DNA of 64,000 bases from a virus (lineage: Duplodnaviria; Caudoviricetes): IMG/VR virus record IMGVR_UViG_3300031760_000010, positions 1 through 64,000 of that record; one strand, written 5' to 3'. The notes beneath the pieces were generated by a model. That model searched no databases and was not told where the DNA came from. It saw only the letters and a list, made by a program, of their open reading frames with translations. Shown one piece after another: positions 1 to 10,600 of the stretch. The position numbers were made by a program, and so were the translations under genes. Within the stretch, counting starts at the first letter, position 1. Each line of letters begins with the position of its first letter.

Positions 1-1222
1 TTTTATCTGCCCATATAGAAGATGGGTTAGCATCTTGTGTAACGCCTTGGAATACAAATGGTTCGGGCATTGATGCTTGATACAAGAATCCGATAACGAG
101 GTATTTTGCATTAATTGGCGTTTTGACTATCTCATTGTGAATTTGCGTTACAGTGCCACCAGAATCGGATTCCTTACCGCTAATGAAATTATTATCTTCA
201 TCATAGAAAGCATACAGTCCTTGACTCCAAAAATGTTCAGTAGTAATCATTATCTTACTGTTTGGAACAATTTCTATATAACTACTGACTTTATTATTAG
301 TGCTACTTGCATCTGTTATTGCTCCAGTCTCACCGTTAAGATATTTAGAATCAATCAGTGTGAAGCTGACTGCACTGTAACTTAACTGATCTTTTACTAT
401 GCCTATATTTTCTCCAACGGCTTTGGCATCAGCAGGCACATTTGCAAGTGTTAAAGTGTCATCAGTGATTATCGCATGTTTTTCAGAATATGCCTCAAAG
501 ATAGTTTTTGTAGTTCCGCTTTCAAGCATAATCTGGTCATTAAAAGATTGTTCACAAAATCTTATATAAACAGTACCTTCCGGGAGTGCAAATGTTGACC
601 CATATCCCAAATAAGACAGAGAATCTTTGTGTGAATCATATACACAAACATGCCACATCGTAAATGCATTTCCATTGGTGTTACTCCAACAGTACACATT
701 TGAAAATCCTTCAACGTTACAGTAATCGCTAATACTCCATCTGTTATCTTGTATAAGTTGACCATCCGATCCAAGATAATAACCAGTCGTAAAGTCACCA
801 TTTATATTGAATCTGTTTTTGCTATAAACAATTTTGGCAACTTCGTTTAAATCAGCCTTTAAGTCAGTGATTGCTTCTTCTCTCGCCTCCGTTTCTGCGG
901 TCAGGGCGGATGTGTCCGCTTTGGCGGCAATCGCCGCCTGGAGGTTGGACTCTGCTGTTTGTCTAGCTGTGGCCTCTGTGGTAATGGCATCCCCAACCGC
1001 CTTTGCATCTGCCGCTTTACCTTCTTCAGCCAAAGTATTATCAATTAATACTTTAGTCGCGCCCACTGCGACATTATCTAATTTCTGTTTATCATCTTTA
1101 GTCATTAAGCCATCGGAAGTTGTAGAAACGGTGTCTGTCTTCTTCACAAAGATAGCGCTTGTCCTATCCCATAATCGTTGGACTGCATGGGTTAACGATG
1201 CAGTTTCAATAAAGTCTGCCAT
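1..1222 (-). CDS. Tail fibre / receptor-binding protein, partial (runs off the left edge)
   Basis: Not in the ORF track. Manual translation from ATG 1222 (RBS GGAGG) reads MADFIETASLTHAVQRLW... with no stop to base 1 (>400 aa). Contains 'DGLMTKDDKQKLD' and two 'D.TL......ADAKAVG' repeats typical of siphophage fibre proteins. Lies downstream of BppU. Confidence 0.75.
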   Translation of the reverse strand, partial: MADFIETASLTHAVQRLWDRTSAIFVKKTDTVSTTSDGLMTKDDKQKLDNVAVGATKVLIDNTLAEEGKAADAKAVGDAITTEATARQTAESNLQAAIAAKADTSALTAETEAREEAITDLKADLNEVAKIVYSKNRFNINGDFTTGYYLGSDGQLIQDNRWSISDYCNVEGFSNVYCWSNTNGNAFTMWHVCVYDSHKDSLSYLGYGSTFALPEGTVYIRFCEQSFNDQIMLESGTTKTIFEAYSEKHAIITDDTLTLANVPADAKAVGENIGIVKDQLSYSAVSFTLIDSKYLNGETGAITDASSTNNKVSSYIEIVPNSKIMITTEHFWSQGLYAFYDEDNNFISGKESDSGGTVTQIHNEIVKTPINAKYLVIGFLYQASMPEPFVFQGVTQDANPSSIWADK

Positions 1223-1226
1223 ATAA

Positions 1227-1949
1227 TCAGCCCTCCGTTCCTAATATTTCATCTAACTGTTCATCAATATCTGCTTGTACAGCCGCTTTCATTTCAGCTT
1301 TACTCCATAAAGCACTTAAATCTACAGTCTGCCCTAATGCATCCCATTCACTACCGTTCCAAGCATAATTCATACCATCCTTTTTAACATCCCATACGTC
1401 TCCCTGTTGAGGATCTGTTGGCAGTCCTTCATATAAAGCAACGCTGCCTTTATATTTGTAAACAGATGTTTGCATTACTTCCAAAGCCGCAGTTAACCGA
1501 TTAATCAGACCTTGCGCATTTGCCAGTAACTCCGTGAGTGCCTGATAATCATTAGATGCTATAACTTCATCATCAGAATACACACTCTCAAGCACATAAA
1601 TAATAAATGGCATAGAGCATAGCCGCGTTTCTTGATTTGCGTTATCTTCGTCTACAATAGATGCAACATCTATCTGTGCTTTGTGCCTGCCTGAAAAAGC
1701 AGTAACATTATCTGAAAGAATTACTTTTACTTTATCGTCTTCGATGGTAGACTGTACATAATAAAAGTTTCCTGCCGCACCAGCAATCTTTAGATAAGCT
1801 TTGTATTCAGAAGACGAGATGGGAATTGTTTGTCCATTATCCAGTAATGTGATTATAAGCTGATGTGTATCTTTACTATATTGTGGGATACGTACCACAT
1901 TCATTTTTTCTTGTTTTACATCCACACTAAATTCATGCGTAATCATCAT
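1227..1949 (-). CDS. BppU-like baseplate upper protein
   Basis: N-terminus resembles the BppU N domain (VVRIPQYSKDTHQLIITLLDNG). Sits after Dit. Confidence 0.7.
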   Translation of the reverse strand: MMITHEFSVDVKQEKMNVVRIPQYSKDTHQLIITLLDNGQTIPISSSEYKAYLKIAGAAGNFYYVQSTIEDDKVKVILSDNVTAFSGRHKAQIDVASIVDEDNANQETRLCSMPFIIYVLESVYSDDEVIASNDYQALTELLANAQGLINRLTAALEVMQTSVYKYKGSVALYEGLPTDPQQGDVWDVKKDGMNYAWNGSEWDALGQTVDLSALWSKAEMKAAVQADIDEQLDEILGTEG

Positions 1950-1968
1950 AATATCCTCACCTCACTTT

Positions 1969-2778
1969 CTAGAAACCAACTTTAATTGCTGGTGTATATG
2001 TTACAGTAATGTCGCATGCCTGATTTGCGGTAAATATATTTTTGGCATTATCATATGTGTTGAACACTCTTGGAAACATATAATTAAAATCAAGTGATAA
2101 ATCATGAGAGGAGAGTGAAGAATCGATCAATAGATATTTACCATCTATTGTTAATACTTCATCGCCAGAACAATTCTCTACTGACATAACACGAGTGTCA
2201 CGATCATTCTGTAACTCAAATGTTCCACCTGATTTTAAAGTGATCTCCATATTAGGAATGATATAACCTTCTTCATCTGATACACTTTCAATGACAAATT
2301 CTTCGTTCGCATTTACACTATAATTTAGTGTTACATCTTCTAAATATGCATAAGGAGCGTCTGCTGTAAATACTAACTGTAAACCAATAATAGAGCTTCC
2401 TGACATATACTGTTGGCTCGTAAAATAGCCATTCCAGTAAATGTCTTCATAGTCATCTGCAAGTATTTTGAATTTACAATATTGCGTTCTACGGCATAAC
2501 CACTTTTGAATATTTGATATTTCATATGGAGTGAATCCTGGGTTAGACGCATTTTCATCTATACAAGGATTCTTACATATCTCAAATGTAGCACTAAAAG
2601 GAGCATCATAGGAAGAAGAAAACATATCATATATGTCACTGCTGGAAGACTTCGCAGTTGAAAAGACGGTGCTGGCACCAGATGGCACCGCACCGTCTTG
2701 CATTCCACTAAAAGATGTTAATATGCATCCAAAATCTGATAACCGTTTGCCATCAAATTCAAAATCTATTGCATACAT
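1969..2778 (-). CDS. Distal tail (Dit)-like protein
   Basis: 'DFEFDGKRLSDFG' N-terminus and 'FTADAPYAY' motif typical of Sipho_tail/Dit proteins. 269 aa. Confidence 0.7.
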   Translation of the reverse strand: MYAIDFEFDGKRLSDFGCILTSFSGMQDGAVPSGASTVFSTAKSSSSDIYDMFSSSYDAPFSATFEICKNPCIDENASNPGFTPYEISNIQKWLCRRTQYCKFKILADDYEDIYWNGYFTSQQYMSGSSIIGLQLVFTADAPYAYLEDVTLNYSVNANEEFVIESVSDEEGYIIPNMEITLKSGGTFELQNDRDTRVMSVENCSGDEVLTIDGKYLLIDSSLSSHDLSLDFNYMFPRVFNTYDNAKNIFTANQACDITVTYTPAIKVGF

Positions 2779-2781
2779 ATT

Positions 2782-3222
2782 TTACTCCTTGTCTAATACT
2801 TCTACCTCATCTTCAGAAACCTTTTCTGCTTCTTCTTTCTGTCCAAAAACAGCATCCAATACTAAATATTCTTTTGCAGACATCTTAATATTTTCATTTC
2901 CAAGTGCTTCCATATCAAGTGGCTTGAAATCAATATCAAGATCCGTATTCAGCATTTCCTGCCATTTAGGATAGAACTCTGCTGGGTTCTGAATTTTAAT
3001 CTGAGTTTGTTCTTCATCTGCATAAACCACATTCCCATTTTCATCTTTTACAGCGTACTGATTAAGAAGTTCTGAGCGTTTCTTGTTAATAATTTCAAGT
3101 GGTTTTGCAAAAGCCTCAATATCTTTGGCAATACAAATAGCCATTTTCAATGAGATATCCGCATCTGCTAGTTTCGCTAAAATAGGTTCCAAATCTAATA
3201 GTCTAAAAGTTTTAATAGTCAT
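2782..3222 (-). CDS. Hypothetical phage protein (tail module)
   Basis: 146-aa ORF with RBS, co-directional within the tail module. Confidence 0.6.
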   Translation of the reverse strand: MTIKTFRLLDLEPILAKLADADISLKMAICIAKDIEAFAKPLEIINKKRSELLNQYAVKDENGNVVYADEEQTQIKIQNPAEFYPKWQEMLNTDLDIDFKPLDMEALGNENIKMSAKEYLVLDAVFGQKEEAEKVSEDEVEVLDKE

Positions 3223-3247
3223 TGTTTTGTTCTCCTTTTATTCTTTT

Positions 3248-6200
3248 TTATTGAATCGTTGCACATAGCAACTGTACACGTACTGCTACTTTTGCTGCCG
3301 CGCCATCACAATACCCCCACACACGTATTGCAGAATTACCGTTTACAGGATTAAAATACATTAATCGAATACGGCTAGATCCTTGACCGTCTGAAGAAGC
3401 ATTAGCAAACTGTACTGTTGATACACCAAGTAGCCGATAACCCGATGACATGGATGGCGTAAACTCAGTATAAAATGTTGAGTTGGCATTTACAGAGATA
3501 TTATCTTTTTCCATATAGATGTTTTGAATCGGAAGCTTACCATTAATATTGCCTTGTACTGTAAGGGTGGTATCATTATACTCCCAACCCGTTCTATCCA
3601 AAGCAGTGCCGCGCACATATACTTGATTAGCTTCTAATGAAATATAATCATCTGAGCCAATTGTCGCAGACGAGTATCCATACATATTAATATCTTCAGA
3701 CGCATAAACATTTAATCCATAACTGCCTTCTACGTTTTCAATGTATGTAATCCCGCCAACATTATTATTTCCGACTTCAAAAATAAGTTCTGTGGCTGAA
3801 TAGTCACTTTCATCACTATGTAAAATCAAAGTAGAACCGTTCACATAACACTCTCCGTTTTTCGTTACGTAGAATTTATTCGTGATAGATAATCCTTCAT
3901 CACCAAAATATGATACTCCACTAGTCTTAAAACTATTCGAATTACCTTTATAAATTGAAGTATCCGTAACTTTCCAAGGCCCTATAGTACTGTTAGCTCC
4001 TGCCTTCAAGACGCCTGAAATATTCGCGCTATTGGCATAAACAACACCAGTATTACTGACTCCAAAATTGGCTCCTATGGCAAACCGTAAGTCACTATGA
4101 GAAGTACCATTAATCGATCTAGTAAAATTACCATTGGACAGGGTAATATAACCAGCAGTTGTTCCGCCCTTGGATCCTGAATATATACCGTACGAGTCTA
4201 TAGTAAAGCCATTCGTTTTAGTTCCAAGATATCCACTGTTAGCCGTAATGGCACCGACAACCGACAATGTGCTACCATTATATGTCAATAAATCAGGACC
4301 GAAATTAAACGTCCCATTCGCATTGATCTTTACCTGATTACTCGTTCCCGCTGACAAATTACCACTACTGTCAATATAAATACCACTCGCACCAGCAGCG
4401 GATGTCTTAGACCCTGTAGACAGTGATGTGGCATTCACCGCACCAGTAAACGTAGCATTCCCGGAAGAATCTACTTTTACTTTTGCTGTTTTACCTTGTA
4501 GAATCTCAAAGATGTTACTGGCATTTGGATTGATTTTGACCGTTGCCGTACCGTTGGTAACATTAAGCCCATCACCATCCATTATCATACGATTGTCCGT
4601 TGCACCATCACCAGTGTATATCTTTAGATTTTGACCAAGAAATAATTTGCCAACAACAGTATTCGCAATTACACCATAATCGTCCACAAATTCTTTCGTT
4701 TCAGGGTCATAATAAGTAAATGCACCAATACCCGTACTGATCGTATCCCAATTATCCTGGGTAAGATACAAACCGTTGTTAATAATTTTTAGCTGATTAT
4801 CTGTATAGGAATCACTAATTTCATCATAACCTCTGGCAACAATACCGCTAGAGTCATATACAATATCCTGAGACATTGGGTTGTTAACATAACGAACAGC
4901 GGTTGCATCCATACCAGCATTCATCCAATCCTGTACTCGTTTGGCAGCTGGTGCCTGTTGTCTGACTTGCTGTTGGAAAGCTGAATAAGATCCCGCCATT
5001 GACCCAGCTTGTTTTAGCACAGACTGAATGTCCGTAGCGCCTGACCATATTTCCTCAACTGTAGAAAACTCTACATTGATTGTCTGTAATTCTGCGAAGT
5101 TGATGGAATAAGAGAGTAACCGTAAATTATATAGCTTCTCATCCACCAACATATTAATCCAATTACCAACTTCAAAGTCATCCTTAATTGGAGCAAAAGC
5201 TGGTAATTGCAGTAAGTTGTTTAAACTGCCAGATACGTTATACTGCAAATGAGATAACTTATATAGCTCTTTCTGCGCGGCATCCAATAAATCACCCGCT
5301 CTACGCATCAGTTCATTGTTATCCAGATCATCTGAGATATAGTTGTCATTCTTATAGTTATCTTCTCTGCGATAATTACAGAATACCTTATATAGATCGT
5401 CTCCTAAGAATAGCTCAAAATCCAATATAACTTTGGTTACACTTCTGTAATAATTGATATCATCCAAAACATCCTGCAGATCAGCCAACTGTTTCTCTCT
5501 AAGGGCAATTTCTTCTTCGATTAACTTCAACCGATTATTATATAACTTATAATATAATTCATTGATACGATTACTGTTTTCAATAATAATCCCCATACTA
5601 TCCTGATAAGATGGATAAACAATTTTGCTTAAAATATCCAGGCTATAATAATGCAGTCTTTCTTTAAAATCATCTGCCTCGTTGTCTTTAACAGACCCGT
5701 CAGGGTTTAAAGATGCTTGGTCAATATCTGTTAAATCGGTTAATGGCTTAACTTGGGCTTTGTTTCGTTGCGTAAGTTTTTCAATCTTTTGCTCAACGTA
5801 TTTTGCCATGTCATAGTTAACTGTAATGGTTAACGTATCTGTATCTTTGGTGTTTATAGATTCATATTTTGTTCCCTTGTATTCAATTGTCTGGACTCGC
5901 AATTTACCTCTCCACGTACCAGATCCAGTATCCGTAGAAGCTGGTGTCCAGGTTGCCGCCATCGCTGGAGAAATAGTAACATCATATAAAGACGTATTGA
6001 TTATGCACTTTGCACTTTGCAGTATTCCATTTTCTACTGTTGCTTGCGTAGAAGATTTAGGGTTAATCACTGCAATAGGAGATAAGTTACCAACTGTCAG
6101 TAACGCCATAGTATCATCCAGTGAAGTATTGTCTGTCACTACATCCGGGGTCATTGAATATTCATAAAAAGCCTTTAAGTCCAATGTATTATAATACAAT

Positions 6201-7516
6201 GCTGCCAATGATTGATAACCCACATATTTAGTATTTAGTGGTTTATACTGTTCGGTGGTTTCTTCTTTAAAATTGCCATCAATAAAATCAATTAAAGCAT
6301 CATATTTACTTTTCTGTTGATTGGAAAAAGTATAGATGCCTTTCTGCGAATCCTCATCACCATAATAGTATTTGTCATACTCTTCATTATATTCATCAAT
6401 CTTGCTTACAAGTTCAGGCGGCATTTCTACTTTATTCTCTTCCGAAAATTGGAAAATATATTGGCTTCCATTTGGATTCTGATTCATCACAGCTGCATCA
6501 AAATCATCATCTCCACCAGATACTTTTAAGCAATTAATCAATGAATCTTTGTTAGAGGAAACTTGCGCAGAGTTTGATAAATTATCTTTTGATACAACAA
6601 TCTTTGTAAATTTACCATACCCCTCAGTGATATCTTTTGAACCACATATCGGGCATTGATGATGAAAATCTCCTCTATAACGAGTATTGATATTTCGGTC
6701 CGCTTTCATTTGCAACCGATAGTCGCAATTATCGTTATTACATACACTGTACAAATCATAAGCAGATATAGTACGCCGTTTGGAGTTAATATCAAAATAC
6801 ACATGATACTGATCAGCAATATCACCAGTCAATACACTATACACATCTTTGTCATCCCAAGAAAACTGATACCATTCAGTTAACTGTTGTAAGGTGTCAT
6901 CAACATGACCGATTGAGTAATTGGGTAACTTATCCAATACGCGATGTAATAATGATACGTGTTTCATCTTACGATATGCCGTACTGGCCTTTGTATATAG
7001 ATCCACCGCTGCGGCGTAGCCATCAGAATTAGGGTCCGTAGACTCCAACGCTTCCTCAGCAGCATCCAACTGGTTTTTATATTCACTGAGATTACGATAG
7101 AAGATGGTATGATATTCAGCACTCCAATCTTCATCGTTTTCCATTTCTTCCTCTGTGTTCACTTCGTAATTATAAATAATAGTATGTGATAACTCAGATT
7201 CACCACGAGAAGTGGCAGTTATAGTTTTATAAACTCCACTGGTATCTTCATTTACTGTTACTTCCATTTCAAAGTAACCATCATCTCCCAACTCAGGGAC
7301 AAATAAATCATTATAATCATTTATCCGATCCCAGATTTGGTTATTATTATTTAGTTCTTTAAAAACCTTAAGAGATACTTCATCTGCACCATTAAAGTTC
7401 CGCTTATAATTAACATCACGGGCTTTAATTGATCCTAAAGCGGCATTATCTTTACGGACTATTACAAATGAAAAATCATCTATTTGGTTGTTTTGATTAA
7501 ATGATAAAACTGCCAT
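3248..7516 (-). CDS. Tal-like baseplate hub / tail spike protein
   Basis: 1422 aa directly after the tape measure gene. Hub-like N-terminus, coiled-coil middle, Gly/Ser/Thr-rich beta-repeat C-terminus. Confidence 0.7.
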   Translation of the reverse strand: MAVLSFNQNNQIDDFSFVIVRKDNAALGSIKARDVNYKRNFNGADEVSLKVFKELNNNNQIWDRINDYNDLFVPELGDDGYFEMEVTVNEDTSGVYKTITATSRGESELSHTIIYNYEVNTEEEMENDEDWSAEYHTIFYRNLSEYKNQLDAAEEALESTDPNSDGYAAAVDLYTKASTAYRKMKHVSLLHRVLDKLPNYSIGHVDDTLQQLTEWYQFSWDDKDVYSVLTGDIADQYHVYFDINSKRRTISAYDLYSVCNNDNCDYRLQMKADRNINTRYRGDFHHQCPICGSKDITEGYGKFTKIVVSKDNLSNSAQVSSNKDSLINCLKVSGGDDDFDAAVMNQNPNGSQYIFQFSEENKVEMPPELVSKIDEYNEEYDKYYYGDEDSQKGIYTFSNQQKSKYDALIDFIDGNFKEETTEQYKPLNTKYVGYQSLAALYYNTLDLKAFYEYSMTPDVVTDNTSLDDTMALLTVGNLSPIAVINPKSSTQATVENGILQSAKCIINTSLYDVTISPAMAATWTPASTDTGSGTWRGKLRVQTIEYKGTKYESINTKDTDTLTITVNYDMAKYVEQKIEKLTQRNKAQVKPLTDLTDIDQASLNPDGSVKDNEADDFKERLHYYSLDILSKIVYPSYQDSMGIIIENSNRINELYYKLYNNRLKLIEEEIALREKQLADLQDVLDDINYYRSVTKVILDFELFLGDDLYKVFCNYRREDNYKNDNYISDDLDNNELMRRAGDLLDAAQKELYKLSHLQYNVSGSLNNLLQLPAFAPIKDDFEVGNWINMLVDEKLYNLRLLSYSINFAELQTINVEFSTVEEIWSGATDIQSVLKQAGSMAGSYSAFQQQVRQQAPAAKRVQDWMNAGMDATAVRYVNNPMSQDIVYDSSGIVARGYDEISDSYTDNQLKIINNGLYLTQDNWDTISTGIGAFTYYDPETKEFVDDYGVIANTVVGKLFLGQNLKIYTGDGATDNRMIMDGDGLNVTNGTATVKINPNASNIFEILQGKTAKVKVDSSGNATFTGAVNATSLSTGSKTSAAGASGIYIDSSGNLSAGTSNQVKINANGTFNFGPDLLTYNGSTLSVVGAITANSGYLGTKTNGFTIDSYGIYSGSKGGTTAGYITLSNGNFTRSINGTSHSDLRFAIGANFGVSNTGVVYANSANISGVLKAGANSTIGPWKVTDTSIYKGNSNSFKTSGVSYFGDEGLSITNKFYVTKNGECYVNGSTLILHSDESDYSATELIFEVGNNNVGGITYIENVEGSYGLNVYASEDINMYGYSSATIGSDDYISLEANQVYVRGTALDRTGWEYNDTTLTVQGNINGKLPIQNIYMEKDNISVNANSTFYTEFTPSMSSGYRLLGVSTVQFANASSDGQGSSRIRLMYFNPVNGNSAIRVWGYCDGAAAKVAVRVQLLCATIQ

Positions 7517-7556
7517 GTCTCCTCCTTTCTATATCACTATAGTTTAATATCAAACC

Positions 7557-7624
7557 CTTAGATTATTGGCAAAAGGTTGTTTGTTTGCCAATAATCTAAG
7601 AGCTTGAGATAACCCCAAGCTCTT
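7557..7624. terminator. Tandem hairpins between the tape measure and Tal genes
   Basis: Perfect 17-bp stem CTTAGATTATTGGCAAA/TTTGCCAATAATCTAAG (7557-7600) overlapping a 9-bp stem AAGAGCTTG/CAAGCTCTT (7598-7624). Confidence 0.5.
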
Positions 7625-7628
7625 TGTA

Positions 7629-10600
7629 TTAGTTATATTTGAATTTACTCATTGAGTTACGACCCATAGCTGCTCCAAGTGTCATCTCTTGAAGTGCATT
7701 CTGGAATTGAGTATCCGCAACCAGTGCCGTCTTAAACTGCTCATAATCCTTAACACCCGACAGATTAAATACAAAGCTGATATCTCCAACCGTATTCTGT
7801 ACCTGTGAAGTGTTGTTAGAAATAATGGGCTGAGCCATAGATTCACTGATCATCTTAGGAATATTCATCTGAGCAATCTTCCAAAGATTCTCAGTCATAG
7901 CGTTGGTAAACACTTTATCACCCGCATCCAAACGAGTTAAGACTGCTCCGTCTGATTTACGATAAATCAATTCCTGGCCATCCTCTTGAGTATAAGCTGT
8001 TTGAGAATGAGTTATGTTACGAGATCCACTAGCATAACCAGCCACACCAAGCATACCTTCTAAATCATTAGCTGATTTCTCAAGGAAGTTCTGCTTCTTT
8101 TTAGGCACATAGACCACATGACCAGTGTTGAAGTTCTTCCACACTGACACAGTTTTACTGGTCATTATCTTCCGGTAACCCTGAGCCGCCAACATAGCTT
8201 CAGTACTCTGTTTGGCATTAGATCCAGCAGAAGTACCCGCACCCGTATTTGTACCGCCTGTATTACCCGTGTTATTCTTCTTAGCGGTTTCTTCAGCCAA
8301 CCTTCGCTGGCGTTCGGCCTCTTCATCTTCTTGTCTCTTATGAGCAGCTGCTTCTTCAGCCGCTTTCTTAGCCGCTTCTTCAGCTTCTTTCTTCTTACGA
8401 GCTGCTTCAGCTTCTTCATCCGCTTGCTTCTGTAAAGCATTAACAGTAGAACGAGCCTGCTCTAAAGCATCCTTGAAGTCTTGAGAGACCAGTTTCTTTT
8501 GAGCATCCGTTAAATTCGCAAATGATTTTTCAATACTGGCGATGCTGTCCTTATCCTGTAAAGTAATCTTTGAGGGATTAATGCCTTGCATCATTGCCTC
8601 TACGGTATTTGCAGCTTGCTGGTCCATTTGTGTTTTAATCAGCGCATCAAACTTATCCAGAATCAAATCAAGGTCTTTATGCAACGTACCCTCTGTTCCC
8701 AGAGCAGACTTTAATTCTGGAGTGATTGTACCATCAATTGCAGATAAAGTAGTAACCGTATCTGTAATGTTCGTACCAGCAGTCGTTACATGGTCACCCA
8801 AATGCTGAACATCATCGCTGAGTTCTGCCTTGGCATCCATGATTACCAGATCCCGTTGCTTCATATAAGAATCGATCCACTCCTCAAAGTTAGAAGATAA
8901 GTCGTCTAACATTTGCTGAGAATCAGATAGATATTTTTCATACTGTTGATCAGACCGATTGTCTCTGGCTTCTTTCAGATCTGCACGAAGTTTCTGAATC
9001 CTGGCAACCGCCTCTTCAGAGGTATTACCCTCATACGCCGCTAATTGCCGTTCTAACTTCGTAATATTCTGAGTAGATTCTGAAATCTGCTTTTGATAAT
9101 CATATGCTTCTTTCTCGGCATTCTTAAGTTCTTTGTATTTACTGATCGTCTTATTGAGATAGGAGAGTTGTGCCTCATAACCCTGTCTCATCAAATCAAT
9201 AATTGCCTGCTTTTCAGACTCAGCAGCTTCCATTGAAGCATATCTGGCATCAATTAACTCATAAATTCTATCTTGGATATTTTTATCAGTTGCATCGTAT
9301 TCACCAGATTCAATCTTCTTATATACGTCTGCTAACTCATCACCATACTTTTTGGCTTCGGCAATATAATATTCAAATGAGGTATTCCGCAGATCCAAAG
9401 CGGCCATACCATATTTAGTAATACCACCTTTATTGTCTGTGTCAAAGAATTCTTCATTTTGGATCATATTCAGGTAATGATCAATCTCTGTCTGCAACCG
9501 CTTGACACGAGCCATACCATCATCAAACTTTGTCCAATCCAACTCACGAATAGAGTTGGAGAGTTCTTTGATATCAGTTGTCAGCTCATTGATTTCGTTA
9601 ACAATGCCGTTAATAACATCCTGAGCCTGATACCATTCTGTATCACCGACACGAATCTCATTATTAGCTACTGCTTTCGCCAGCGAAGCCTGAGCATCAA
9701 TGTAGTTCTGCTGTAAGACTGCAAGGTTACGAGTGTCCATCTGAATCTGGTCAGTATAATCTTCAACATTCGTATAATGCCCATGTACGCCAGCACGATT
9801 AATCATCGCCTGGGACACTGTATTGTGCTGATTATTGGCCTGACGGTCATTCTCACCCTGAGTCTTAATATTATTGACTTGTTGTAAAGCACGAGTAGCA
9901 TTCTGCTGACGAATCGTTTCTGCATCAATCTTTTGCTGAGCCTCCGCCTGACGACGATGCTCAATAGCCTCGTTGTAATTGTAGCAAGCTTGATAGAACG
10001 CGAGGTCTACATAACCCTTCTCATAACCTTCGGCTAATTTACCAAGGCGAGTCGCGCCGATAGCTTCCCCTTTATTTACATTGTCAATTGCTTGTTGCAT
10101 ATAAACAGCATAAGGATTGTTTTTCGGCACAGAAGCAGCTTTTATAGGTCGCGCATAGGTTTCTACGGCATTTCTATAGAAATCCACTTCTTCCTGATTC
10201 GATTGCAGAATCTTCTTCGTTGTGTCAATTTGCTTTTGAATCAAAGCATTCTGCGCTTTGAAACCAATAGCATTTTCTAGCTGATTATCAAAATAAGAAA
10301 TATCATTATTTGCGGCTTCTTCGGCGTTCGCATAAGTCTGAGACTGCAAATTGAAATATTCCGTCTGATTCGTTGCATAATTTAATGCCTCTTCCATTCT
10401 GGCGGTTTCCAGGTTTTCTACGCCTTGGTTGTAAGCATATAGCTTGGCGTAAACATTTGGATTATTATTCGCAATCGTTTTTAAGATATCATCTGGTATT
10501 TGTTTATTCTGATCAATATAAGATTTGGCAGAATCTAAAGCCTTCTTATAATCGCCGCTAGCCTTTGTCTGCTTCTTTAAAATAGCTTGAGCGTCTTTTG

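Noticed and set aside
77-1226. Track ORFs 77-385, 562-801 and 834-1226
   Set aside because: They are antisense or off-frame shadows of the minus-strand fibre gene starting at 1222, which the track missed because it has no stop in the window.
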